Position numbers and translations under genes: made by a program. This document shows, piece after piece, positions 8,730 through 17,986 of a stretch of 48,503 nt of DNA (position 1 is the first letter of the stretch; each line of letters begins with the position of its first letter). The stretch comes from an uncultured Planctomycetia bacterium (lineage in GTDB: Bacteria; Planctomycetota; MHYJ01; CAYXQY01), in the NCBI GenBank assembly GCA_964594615.1, contig CAZQNZ010000002.1:1-48503 (forward strand), written 5' to 3'. A model generated the notes under the pieces. It was not told where the DNA came from, did no database searches, and worked only from the letters and a program-made list of their open reading frames with translations.

Positions 8730-10043
8730 ATGAATTCTTCCGCCCGGATACTGGTCCTCCTGTTCATCGGCTTCCTCTCGATGCCGTTGATCTCCGGATG
8801 CAGCTACCATCCGGTTACCGGGAACTATCAGATGTCACTGCAGGACCGTGAAGAGTTCATCGAGCGCGGACGCTCCGTCTATCCGAAGTACACGCAGGTT
8901 GCCGATGGTGAACTGAAGGACCCCGCACTTCAACAGTATATTCAAAGACTGGGAGATCAGCTCGCAACGGTCAGCCATAACCCGGACCTGCCGTTTCAGT
9001 TCAACGTTGTGAATGACTCCACCCCCAACGCCTACGCACTGCCGGGCGGATTCATTTCTCTCACCCGTGGCATGCTCATGCAGCTTGAAACCGAACGAGA
9101 ACTCGCCGCCGTGCTTGCTCATGAAATCGCGCACACCGTTGCGCAGCACCCGGCTGGAGCGATGGAATGGGGAAGCGTTCTGGATGTCATTGATCCGGGT
9201 CTGTTCTCGATGATTGGAGGGGGTGATGAGGACCAAACCACGTACGTTGGCCTATCCAACCTGGCCCGTCAGGGCCTCCTCCCTTCTTACAGCCAGTATC
9301 AGGAAACACAAGCGGATAAGCTGGCGATGTCATACATGGCTCAAGCCGGATACGATCCGAACGGAATGATTGAACTGCAATCCACACTCATCCAGCTTCG
9401 TCGAGATACGCCTCGCACCCTCGAACAACTGATGGCAACCCACCCGCTAACCGATGAGCGACGGAAACACGCTCAATCGAGGGCGTCAACGCTGCGAGCC
9501 AAACATGATCCTGCCGGACAGGAGAACGCTCAGAAATTCCAGCAGCGCGTGGTGAATACCTGGCATCGGCGGGCCGGTGCTTACAGGGCGTTCGATCGTG
9601 GTGTGACCCTGGCCCGGGAAGGGGATTTCGCACCGGCTTCCGAACAGTTTCGAACCGCTATTGATCGGTACGGGGGGGACGCTCTGTTTCACGCGTGGCT
9701 CGGCATTGCGGAACTGGAACAGGGATCCGTTGAGAACGCGAATCAGGCCCTGGAACGAGCTCGATCCATACAGCCGGACGTTTTCCGGGTACAACTGTAC
9801 AGTGCGAGGGTCTATCTCCAGCAGGGAGATCATGAGAACTCCTTCAAACACCTGGATCGAGCCGAGGAGTTGCTCCCCGGTACACCGTCCGTTACGTTTA
9901 TTCGCGCCCGCAACCACGATGAACTGTCCAATCACAACCAGGCCGCTTCGGCCTACAGGAACTATCTGAATACCACATCGGCGGAAACACACCGAAAACA
10001 GTACGCCCGGAACCGTCTCCGGACGTGGGGCTACCTGCCATAA
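8730..10043 (+). CDS. M48 family zinc metallopeptidase lipoprotein with C-terminal TPR region (BepA-like architecture)
   Basis: 437-aa ORF. Lipobox LISGC after a hydrophobic N-terminus. The HExxH motif sits in LAHEIAHTVAQH. The C-terminal third reads as TPR-like helices (GDALFHAWLGIAELEQGSVENANQALERARSIQPD...). Confidence 0.85.
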   Translation: MNSSARILVLLFIGFLSMPLISGCSYHPVTGNYQMSLQDREEFIERGRSVYPKYTQVADGELKDPALQQYIQRLGDQLATVSHNPDLPFQFNVVNDSTPNAYALPGGFISLTRGMLMQLETERELAAVLAHEIAHTVAQHPAGAMEWGSVLDVIDPGLFSMIGGGDEDQTTYVGLSNLARQGLLPSYSQYQETQADKLAMSYMAQAGYDPNGMIELQSTLIQLRRDTPRTLEQLMATHPLTDERRKHAQSRASTLRAKHDPAGQENAQKFQQRVVNTWHRRAGAYRAFDRGVTLAREGDFAPASEQFRTAIDRYGGDALFHAWLGIAELEQGSVENANQALERARSIQPDVFRVQLYSARVYLQQGDHENSFKHLDRAEELLPGTPSVTFIRARNHDELSNHNQAASAYRNYLNTTSAETHRKQYARNRLRTWGYLP

Positions 10044-10395
10044 GAGCTCCACGAAAACACTCCGTATCGTTGCTGCGAATGTATTCGTTCCCTCCGCATG
10101 GCGAAGAGCACAGACAATGCAAAGAGAGTGTCAAGCGTGTTCGACACAGGAAGAAGACTGAATGCAGGGCAGTACAACGAACAGGTTCGCTGTGATGATC
10201 CTTCTGCAGGGATATAGGGTGGTTCAGAGCCGCATCGAATGGTCCAGTTTCACGGCACATCTCTGCGTCATTCGGGTCGACGATGCTCGCTCAGCCTCGT
10301 TTCCTTCTCGATCCTTGAGCTACCTGGAAATTGAACCGCTGACCAGAAGGGCAGATTCAACGGTCTCCCGAACCTTTCTGCGAATCCCTCCGAAA

Positions 10396-11352
10396 TTAGT
10401 TCGCGAGAAATTCGTCCAGATCCTCCACGGACTGAATATTCAACGTTTCAATATCCCGGCTTACCTTCAACGCCAGGCTTGAGAGCACCCGTCCGGGCCC
10501 CACTTCGAGGAAGGCCCCGATGCCCATGTCCTCCACCATGGTCTGAATCGACGGGGCCCAGAGCACACTCGACGTGAGCTGCTGGACCAGCCGGCGGCGA
10601 ATATCATCCGGGTCCCTCACCTGCATACCGGTCACGTTGGCAACCACCGGGAATCTGGGAGGGCGAATCTCCACATCAGCAAGTGCGCTTTTCACGGCCT
10701 CAGCAGCCGGTTCCATCAGCCGGGAGTGAAATGCACCATCGACCTTGAGGGGAACGATGCGGCCCGCTCCCCGATCCTCAAGCCGCTTTTCCGCCTCCTC
10801 CAGCACATCCTCCTCACCGCTAATCACAATCTGTTTCGGGGCATTGACATTTGCGACGTCAATAATTCCCTGCTCCTGCAATTCCTGACACACGGCTTCC
10901 ACCTCTTCCCGTTCCATACCCATGATCGAGCGCATGCCCCCCGGCCGCTCGTCACAGGCATTCTGCATCGCCCGGGCACGTACCTGCACCACGTTCAGCG
11001 CATCGTCGAAACGAAGTGCTCCGGCCGCAACAAGTGCCGTGTATTCGCCCAGTGAAAGCCCGGCCGTTGCCGCGGGTTCGATCGGTTCATCGAGTTTTTC
11101 CTGCAGAACCCGATAAAACGCCAGACTCGTTACGAAGATGGCCGGCTGACTGTGGCGGGTCTCCGTCAATCGATCTTCCGGCCCGTTAAAACAGACCTCC
11201 GCCAGATCGTACCCCAGTTCTTCGTTGGCCCGGTCAAATGTTTGTTCTGCAAGCGGTTCCCTGTTGTACAGGTCCTCACCCATACCGACCTTCTGAGCAC
11301 CCTGTCCGGGAAACTGAACGGCCGGTTTGTGTTCATGCATCGTTTGCGACAT
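10396..11352 (-). CDS. fabD: Malonyl-CoA:ACP transacylase
   Basis: 318-aa ORF. FPGQGAQKVGMG, the active-site block GLSLGEYTAL and VDGAFHSRLMEPA are present. Lies immediately downstream of fabH. Confidence 0.95.
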   Translation of the reverse strand: MSQTMHEHKPAVQFPGQGAQKVGMGEDLYNREPLAEQTFDRANEELGYDLAEVCFNGPEDRLTETRHSQPAIFVTSLAFYRVLQEKLDEPIEPAATAGLSLGEYTALVAAGALRFDDALNVVQVRARAMQNACDERPGGMRSIMGMEREEVEAVCQELQEQGIIDVANVNAPKQIVISGEEDVLEEAEKRLEDRGAGRIVPLKVDGAFHSRLMEPAAEAVKSALADVEIRPPRFPVVANVTGMQVRDPDDIRRRLVQQLTSSVLWAPSIQTMVEDMGIGAFLEVGPGRVLSSLALKVSRDIETLNIQSVEDLDEFLAN

Positions 11353-11394
11353 GTGTTCCTTCCACTGAACAAATCATGAAACAGCCAGCTTCGA

Positions 11395-12381
11395 TTACCA
11401 CTCAATCAATGTTGTCCCCCACGTGAGTCCGGCGCCGACCGAGGTCAGCACGAGATAGTCTCCTTCCTCGAGGCGATCTTCTTGAACTGCTTCGTCCAGA
11501 GCAAGGGGGATACTGGCCCCGGACGTGTTTCCGTATCGATCGATGTTCGAATACATCCGTTCTTCGGGCAGTCCGATGTTGCTGCAGACTTTGTCCATAA
11601 TCCGCTGGTTCATCTGGTGAGGAACCACAAGTGAAAGGTCGGTCACATCCAGACCCTCAGCGTCCGCCGCCTCCTGAATCATATCACAGAGCGTTTTCAC
11701 GGCAAACTTGAAGACCTTTCGTCCCTCCATTTTCATATAATGCTGACGGTTTTCCACCGTTTCCTTCGTTGCGGGCATGCGAGATCCACCGGCCGGTACC
11801 ACCATCAGATCATCCCCATCTCCTTCCGCGTACATATTTGTGTACAGCACCTCGCGACGGCCGTTGGCCGGACCGAGAACCGTCGCACCGGCCCCGTCTC
11901 CAAACAGCACACACATCGATCGATCCTCGTAATCCGTCACGCTACTGAGAACTTCCGCTCCCAGCACCAGTACATGATCGGCGAAGCCCGAGGACACGAA
12001 CGACCAGCCCGTACTCAACGCATAAATATATCCGGAGCAGGCCGCTGAAACGTCAAAAGACGGCACGGGAGCGAGATCCAGCTTCCGCTGGAGGTGACAA
12101 CCCGAGGAAGGAAACATATTGTCCGGTGTGATGGTACCAACCACGATCGCTTCAATCTCATCCCGGTCGATGGGGGCTTCCGCCAGCGCTTCTTTCGACG
12201 CCTCAAGAGCGAGGTCGGACGTCGCGTCTCCGTCGGCTGCGATGCGACGCTCTTTGATACCGGTTCGCTTGGTGATCCATTCGTCGGACGTGTCCACCAT
12301 CTGTTCAAGATCTTCGTTCGTCAGACGATTGTCCGGAACGGACGAACCAGTACCAAGAATTGATGCCGTGTTATTGCTCAT
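11395..12381 (-). CDS. fabH: 3-oxoacyl-ACP synthase III
   Basis: 328-aa ORF. TSDEWITKRTGIKERR, the active-site block AACSGYIYAL, VVPHQMNQRI and GNTSGASIPLAL are present. Confidence 0.95.
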   Translation of the reverse strand: MSNNTASILGTGSSVPDNRLTNEDLEQMVDTSDEWITKRTGIKERRIAADGDATSDLALEASKEALAEAPIDRDEIEAIVVGTITPDNMFPSSGCHLQRKLDLAPVPSFDVSAACSGYIYALSTGWSFVSSGFADHVLVLGAEVLSSVTDYEDRSMCVLFGDGAGATVLGPANGRREVLYTNMYAEGDGDDLMVVPAGGSRMPATKETVENRQHYMKMEGRKVFKFAVKTLCDMIQEAADAEGLDVTDLSLVVPHQMNQRIMDKVCSNIGLPEERMYSNIDRYGNTSGASIPLALDEAVQEDRLEEGDYLVLTSVGAGLTWGTTLIEW

Positions 12382-12651
12382 GAATCACGTTACAAATCAT
12401 GTGGAACTTCCCGTCCTGTAAACTGCACGATTCATACGATCACTCGGTCGACGGTTCCCGCTGACATGAAAATCCCCGAAGCATGCATCCTTCAATCACC
12501 AGCAAGATGCATCCGTTGTGAACGGCAACCGAGTGCCCTTCCTTTGATGTCCATCGAAAGAACCAGCTTTCCGAAACCCGTGAACAGCATTCAGCCCAGG
12601 AGCGATCCCCCATTCACCCAGAGGCGATCCATTCGGGTTCAAAGAGGATCG

Positions 12652-13674
12652 TCAATCCGACTGAACTGTATCCAGATTTTCCTCGATTTCCTGAATTTCT
12701 GTAAGGATGGATTCATTGATTCGATGACGGTGGAGGCGGCCTGCCTGACGAATGGCATTCCGGATCGCTTTTTCACCGGAACGTCCGTGGCAGATGATAC
12801 AGATGCCATCCACTCCGAGAAGCGGAGCTCCTCCGTGCTCGGAGTAATCCGTCTCACGCTTCACCGTTTGAAGAATTTTTTGATCTCGTCGGGAGAGGTC
12901 GTCCCCCTCACCCGTCGCCCTCATCTGCTGTTGTACAAAATTCAGCACATTGTGAGCACAGCCTTCGAGGAACTTCAGTATGACATTTCCCATGAACCCC
13001 TCCGTAATCAGCACATCCACCTCCCCGGAGAAGGCGGCCGGTCCTTCCACATTTCCGATGAAGTGAAGGGGGGATTGTTTCAAGAGAGGGAACGTCTCCT
13101 GGAGTAGCTCATTGCCCTTTTCCTCCTCCTCACCGATATTCAACAGGCCAACCGCCGGGTTGTCCTTGTCATAAATCGTGCGCTGAAACACTGTCGCCAT
13201 GATGCCGTACTGCAGGAGCTGATGAGGTTTACAATGAATGTTGGCCCCCACGTCAATCAGCGAACAGACTCCGCTTTCGTGCGGTACGGGAGAAGCAATG
13301 CCGGGACGATGAATCTGCTCCATGAGACCAAGGTTCAGCGTGGAGGCAGATACCGTAGCACCGGTGTTCCCCGCACTCACGAGTGCGTCGGCGACCCCTT
13401 TCTTCAGCAGTTGAACACCGACGTTGATGGAGGATTTGGGCTTGCTTCGAATCGCCTCGACGGCAGACTCCGCCATTCCGATCACATCGGGTGCGTGCTG
13501 GACATGAATTTGATCCTCGTCGTAGGAAACACCCTCAAGCTGATCACGAATCTGGCCTTCGTCACCAACGAGAATAATCGTTATATCCGACTCCTCTTCG
13601 ACCGCATTCACCGCTCCCTTCACCACCGTAGAGGGAGCGGCATCCCCTCCCATCGCATCAACAGCAATTTTCAT
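12652..13674 (-). CDS. plsX: Phosphate acyltransferase
   Basis: 340-aa ORF starting MKIAVDAMGGD, with VSAGNTGA and ICHGRS blocks. Sits in the classic position after rpmF. Confidence 0.95.
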   Translation of the reverse strand: MKIAVDAMGGDAAPSTVVKGAVNAVEEESDITIILVGDEGQIRDQLEGVSYDEDQIHVQHAPDVIGMAESAVEAIRSKPKSSINVGVQLLKKGVADALVSAGNTGATVSASTLNLGLMEQIHRPGIASPVPHESGVCSLIDVGANIHCKPHQLLQYGIMATVFQRTIYDKDNPAVGLLNIGEEEEKGNELLQETFPLLKQSPLHFIGNVEGPAAFSGEVDVLITEGFMGNVILKFLEGCAHNVLNFVQQQMRATGEGDDLSRRDQKILQTVKRETDYSEHGGAPLLGVDGICIICHGRSGEKAIRNAIRQAGRLHRHRINESILTEIQEIEENLDTVQSD

Positions 13675-13750
13675 CCTTTCCTCCCGGTCAAAATGATCGT
13701 TGAGAGGGATTGATCGTGGGTAACACGTGTGTGGGGGAGCTGATCATCCA

Positions 13751-13999
13751 TCATTCTACGCTGACCAACTCCTCGTCCCCGTAGTGGCCACAGTTCCCAC
13801 ATACGCGGTGGGGCTTGCGTACGTGATTGCAGCGCGGACAACGGCTCATTCCCGGAAGGTTGTGACCACGGAAGAACTCACCTTTGTCCTTGTCCGAGTC
13901 CTTCCATTCCTGCAGTTGCTTGTAGAAAACACCGGCATGATCGTGCGTACGTCGTTTTCTCTGACGTTGTTTTGAATGTTTCTTTTTTGGTGCTGCCAT
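13751..13999 (-). CDS. rpmF: 50S ribosomal protein L32 (longer than usual)
   Basis: Taking the ATG at 13999 gives MAAPKKKHSKQRQRKRRTH... and a C-terminal zinc ribbon CPRCNHVRKPHRVCGNCGHY. The track ORF begins 4 codons further upstream at 14011. Sits in the rpmF-plsX-fabH-fabD arrangement. Confidence 0.85.
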   Translation of the reverse strand: MAAPKKKHSKQRQRKRRTHDHAGVFYKQLQEWKDSDKDKGEFFRGHNLPGMSRCPRCNHVRKPHRVCGNCGHYGDEELVSVE

Positions 14000-14040
14000 G
14001 ATGACCAACATGCTAATGACTGTGAAAGGGTAATCCGGAA

Positions 14041-14127
14041 CGGAGGGTGCAGGATTCGAACCTGCGGAACCACGATGGGTTCAGCGGTTTTCAAAACCGC
14101 CGCCTTCGACCACTCGGCCAACCCTCC
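14041..14127 (-). tRNA. tRNA-Ser (anticodon UGA)
   Basis: The reverse complement reads GGAGGGTTGGCCGAGTGGTCGAAGGCGGCGGTTTTGAAAACCGCTGAACCCATCGTGGTTCCGCAGGTTCGAATCCTGCACCCTCCG. It has a 7-bp acceptor stem GGAGGGT/ACCCTCC and an anticodon stem GCGGT/ACCGC with loop TTTGAAA (TGA). It also has a long variable arm and a T-arm GCAGG TTCGAAT CCTGC. No CCA is encoded. Confidence 0.95.
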
Positions 14128-14128
14128 A

Positions 14129-14524
14129 TTACACGTTCTTTACTTTGTCAAGGACGCGCTCATTCACATAAATCGGAGAATTCATCGTGATGGCCAGCGC
14201 GATTGAGTCGGAGGGTCTGGCATCAATCTCAACCTCCGTGCCATTTTGCGATATAACAAGTTTTGCAAGAAATGTATTGTTTTTCAAATCCGTCACCACA
14301 ATCCGCTCTAGACCGACGTCGAGACCGTTCAAAATATTTCGAATGAGGTCGTGGGTCAACGGCCTCGGGTTTTCAATGTTCCGCAGTTTCTGATCGATCG
14401 CAGCGGCTTCAAAAATACCGATGACGATGGGGAACATCCGGCTTCCGTTGACTTCCCGCAGGAAAATGACCTGTGATTGAGATTGCTCGTTGATAATGAC
14501 CCGAGCTAACTCCATTCGTACCAT
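14129..14524 (-). CDS. Bifunctional nuclease family protein (DUF151 / BFN domain)
   Basis: MVRMELARVIINEQSQSQVIFLREVNGSRMFPIVIGIFEAAAI..PRPLTHDL..VVTDLKNNTFLAKL..IDARPSDSIALA matches the DUF151 pattern. The start is chosen at the ATG at 14524. An upstream in-frame ATG at 14608 is possible but would add 28 non-conserved-looking residues. Confidence 0.8.
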   Translation of the reverse strand: MVRMELARVIINEQSQSQVIFLREVNGSRMFPIVIGIFEAAAIDQKLRNIENPRPLTHDLIRNILNGLDVGLERIVVTDLKNNTFLAKLVISQNGTEVEIDARPSDSIALAITMNSPIYVNERVLDKVKNV

Positions 14525-14766
14525 ATCGATTGCCCTAACATCGTCAGATTCCGAGTGAACCCCACCCACGGGGTGAAGAAATTGGCGCAACGGTCTCCAC
14601 TGCTGCATAACGGGTTGCCCGAATTCTAACCCGTCAACCCTTCAATTGCAAGAAAATATCCCTGTTTGATTCCGGCCCCTCTACATCTTTCAGCGATTTC
14701 CCTGCAGAGCCCTCCAGCGAAGCGGCGTCGATGGATGATTCGGGATGGACGATTGGGCGCCTCGGG

Positions 14767-15852
14767 TCATTTCGGGTCCGATCCCGCACGTTCCAGCAGT
14801 ACCAGATCTGCAAACGCAATCGATGCACAGGCCTGAATGACCGGCACGGCCCGGGTAACGATACACGGATCATGACGTCCCTTGATCTGGAGAGTGGTCT
14901 CTTCCATTTCCTCCAGGTTCACCGTTTTTTGCTCCTGCGGTATACTCGACGTCGGCTTGGCCGCGACGCGAAACACGACGGGCATTCCGGTGGTCAACCC
15001 ACCGAGGGTGCCACCGGCATTGTTGGTCTCGGTAATGACTTCGCCGTCCTCGATTGCAAACGGATCGTTGTGTTCACTCCCCTTCATTTCAGCGGCGTCA
15101 AATCCTGCACCAAATTCAATCCCTTTCATTGCGGGCATCGACATGCAGATGTGAGCCAGTTTTGCGTCCGCCCGACCGAAGAACACTTCACCCAACCCCG
15201 GCGGAACACCCTGAATCACCGTTTCAATGATGCCCCCGAGGCTATCCAGGTTCTTCCGCTCCTGATCGATTGCCTCAGCGATTCGCTCATTTGCTTCTTC
15301 ATCCGCACAGCGGACCGGCTCGTGAATCATCTCCTCGGACAAATCCTCCGGATCCACCGGTGGAACCTCATGTTTCCCGATCTGTACCGTGTGAGAAATC
15401 GGTTTCATCCCCTCGTCCATGAGGATCTGCTCGGCCAGAGCACCCGCAATGACGATCGGCGCTGTTAACCGACCCGAAAAATGTGCGCCCCCCCGCCAGT
15501 CGCGGGCATCGCCGTACTTTACATAAGCGGTGTAATCCGCGTGACCGGGACGAGGGGTAAACATCCGTTCTTTATAGTGACTCGAATCCGAATCTTTGTT
15601 GTGAATCAAAAAGGTCATCGGGCTCCCGGAGGCACGGCCTTCAAACATCCCTGAAAACGGTTCCGGCTTGTCCGCTTCTTTTCGCTGGGTCACAATTCGG
15701 GATGTTCCCGGACGGCGCTGGTTCAACCGCTTCTGGATGTGATCCATATCCACCTCTTTCCCTTTCGGGAATCCCTCAATTGTGACGCCCACCCCTTCTC
15801 CGTGGGACTCGCCGAAAATGGAAACCCGAAACAGCTGACCAAACGTGTTCAT
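14767..15852 (-). CDS. aroC: Chorismate synthase
   Basis: 361-aa ORF starting MNTFGQLFRVSIFGESHG, with RRPGTSRIVTQRKE, GHADYT, GGAHFSGRLTAP and GRHDPCIV. Confidence 0.95.
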   Translation of the reverse strand: MNTFGQLFRVSIFGESHGEGVGVTIEGFPKGKEVDMDHIQKRLNQRRPGTSRIVTQRKEADKPEPFSGMFEGRASGSPMTFLIHNKDSDSSHYKERMFTPRPGHADYTAYVKYGDARDWRGGAHFSGRLTAPIVIAGALAEQILMDEGMKPISHTVQIGKHEVPPVDPEDLSEEMIHEPVRCADEEANERIAEAIDQERKNLDSLGGIIETVIQGVPPGLGEVFFGRADAKLAHICMSMPAMKGIEFGAGFDAAEMKGSEHNDPFAIEDGEVITETNNAGGTLGGLTTGMPVVFRVAAKPTSSIPQEQKTVNLEEMEETTLQIKGRHDPCIVTRAVPVIQACASIAFADLVLLERAGSDPK

Positions 15853-16170
15853 CCTCTCGTTCTCCTGTAAGAAATGCCTGTCAAAAATGGATATGAAGTA
15901 CGGCCCGGCCTCCGTCGGACTACGTCATTATACGGGGGACCTCCGGAATTTATAATATTGACCCGTATCGATCGTGAATAAACCGATGGCCTCTCAAATT
16001 TTTCAACGACCTGACGGGGTGATAAAATGTCTCACTGACCCTCAATTCATCTCACGAAATTCAAAACGAGCCTTCCTTATGGACAAACGGGTGCAATTCC
16101 GCTTTGTTCCCCCCACTGAGTCAGATCGAGATTCAAGTAGGCCCCACGCACGGACGGTCTCGTCTCTGAT

Positions 16171-17415
16171 ATGACTGCCTCCCTGCCTGACAACGTAGAC
16201 GTCGTCATTGCCGGTGGCGGCATCACGGGCGCCTCCTGTTTGTATCACCTCACAACCCATACCGACCTTGACGTGCTTTTGCTCGAAGCTCGCGGAGTGA
16301 ACTTTGGCAGCACCGCGAGAAGCGCTGCTGCATTCCGCCATCAGTTCAGCAGCCGGGTGAACGTGCAGATGTCACAATACAGCGGACGCCTGTTCAACAA
16401 ACTCCACGACGAACACGACACGGAACCACTCCTGGTTCAAAACGGTTACCTCTTTCTGTATGGAAATGATGAATCGTTCGAGCAAGCCCGGAAGAATGTG
16501 GAATTCCAACAACAAAACGGTGTTGATTCCGTCTGCACCCTTGCTCCCGGGGCGGTTCAAAAACAGTTTCCTCATATTCAGACAAACGACCTTGCGGGGG
16601 CCACCTGGTGTCCGAAGGATGGATTCGTTCGTCCCGAGCGTACGACACGTGTCTTTATCAATCTCGCGTTCGAGCACGACAATGCATGGCTCGAACAGAA
16701 CTGCCCCGTCACAGACGTCCACCTGACGAATGGCCGCCTGGACTGCGTGGAAGCAAACGGTGACGTGGACATTCAAACAACGTACCTGGTGAACGCCACC
16801 GGGGTCTGGTGTCACCAGATTGCCGGGGCGATGGACCTGACCCTGCCTGTGGCACCCGTCAAACGATACCTGTACTTCACCAACCAGTTCGACGACCGGG
16901 ATGTGACCGAGTATCCGATGACTGTTCGTGACCTGGGTCCCTACATGCGACCCGAGCACAACGGACTGATGCTTGGATGGGACCGAAAACCGCCGGTTCC
17001 TTCCGCAGCGGACGCATTCTGGCAACCGGATAACGACTACGATCGGCTGTACGACGAGCAGGACGAACTGGAAGAAGGATTCGGCCGCGGCGTCGATGGG
17101 TACGGATACGAGGTGCTCGCCGCCTGGGCAGAATGGGTGCCGTTTCTGGAACGAGCGGGACTGACGAACGTAAGTTCCGGATTCTATCAGGTCACCCCGG
17201 ATTCCAAGGCGATTGTATCACGGGATCCACGGATAGCCGGGGTCCTTCACGCCGTTGGTTTTTCAGGACACGGCGTGATGCACGCACCAGCCACCGGTCG
17301 GGCAATTACGGACCTGATCACGGAACGAGAAAGCCCCTTCGATCTCGACGCGCTAAAGCTGGAGCCGTTCCTGAACAGGTCTGAGCGCTCGGATCCCGAG
17401 CAGATGGTTCTGTAG
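16171..17415 (+). CDS. FAD-dependent oxidoreductase (DAO family; substrate unknown)
   Basis: 414-aa ORF. N-terminal dinucleotide fold DVVIAGGGITGASCLYHL and C-terminal HAVGFSGHGVMHAPATGRAITDLI, as in sarcosine/glycine/D-amino-acid oxidase-type enzymes. Confidence 0.8.
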   Translation: MTASLPDNVDVVIAGGGITGASCLYHLTTHTDLDVLLLEARGVNFGSTARSAAAFRHQFSSRVNVQMSQYSGRLFNKLHDEHDTEPLLVQNGYLFLYGNDESFEQARKNVEFQQQNGVDSVCTLAPGAVQKQFPHIQTNDLAGATWCPKDGFVRPERTTRVFINLAFEHDNAWLEQNCPVTDVHLTNGRLDCVEANGDVDIQTTYLVNATGVWCHQIAGAMDLTLPVAPVKRYLYFTNQFDDRDVTEYPMTVRDLGPYMRPEHNGLMLGWDRKPPVPSAADAFWQPDNDYDRLYDEQDELEEGFGRGVDGYGYEVLAAWAEWVPFLERAGLTNVSSGFYQVTPDSKAIVSRDPRIAGVLHAVGFSGHGVMHAPATGRAITDLITERESPFDLDALKLEPFLNRSERSDPEQMVL

Positions 17416-17526
17416 CGTAGCGACCGACCCTCCGTTTCATCCCGCTGTCAGCCCTCATATAATAATCGCTAACGAAGCATCACTCGACCCACCCCTTTTC
17501 GTCACCCCACTCGTACTTGATCGGTT

Positions 17527-17952
17527 ATGTCGGAAATCGTATTCGACGCCCTACTGGACAAACTACTTCCGATTGGCCGGGAGCGTGTGCAGGAGAAACA
17601 GAATGAATTTCTGCCCTTCGCAGCGGCCATGACGCCCGACAATGAAATTAAATACGTCGGTCCCGAAACGGAAAAAACATTTCCCTCCCCTCCGGACGCC
17701 CTCCAATACCTGAATGCAGGATTAAAACGCATGGCGTCGGAGGGACGCATCGAAGCATCCGCCGTCGTATCATCCGTAGAAGTGAAACTTCCGGATGCCC
17801 AGGAAGAATCGGACGCCATCCGGTTTCACCTCGAGTTCAAGGATGGTGCGGCATCAAACGTCTACCTGCCGTTTGACATCGACGAACTCACCGGTGACGT
17901 GTCGTGGGGAGAACCGTTCGAGCTGGACGCCGAATCCCGGGTATTTGAATAA
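17527..17952 (+). CDS. Hypothetical acidic protein, 141 aa
   Basis: Clean ORF in an otherwise empty interval, with composition like its neighbours. I recognise no motif. Confidence 0.5.
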   Translation: MSEIVFDALLDKLLPIGRERVQEKQNEFLPFAAAMTPDNEIKYVGPETEKTFPSPPDALQYLNAGLKRMASEGRIEASAVVSSVEVKLPDAQEESDAIRFHLEFKDGAASNVYLPFDIDELTGDVSWGEPFELDAESRVFE

Positions 17953-17986
17953 CACATAGGCTCGCGTATCTGCTATACGCCCCGAG

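Noticed and set aside
10044-10395. 352-bp convergent gap between the M48 peptidase gene and fabD, examined for a tRNA, SRP RNA, 6S RNA or another ncRNA
   Set aside because: I found no T-arm-like GGTTCGAATCC, no SRP or RNase P conserved cores, no long inverted repeats and no intrinsic terminator. Nothing in it can be supported from sequence alone.
14731-15468. 245-aa plus-strand ORF
   Set aside because: It is antisense to aroC, which is unambiguous, so it is a shadow ORF. The same reasoning applies to 12466..13107 (antisense to plsX), 35207..36013 (antisense to mfd), 18599..19381 (antisense to acs) and 32171..32971 (antisense to the cyclophilin-domain gene).
17961-17986. Hairpin CTCGCGTAT CTGC TATACGCCCCGAG between the convergent 141-aa ORF and acs
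   Set aside because: It has only a 6-bp core stem with mismatched extensions and no T-run on either strand. That is too weak to call a bidirectional terminator.
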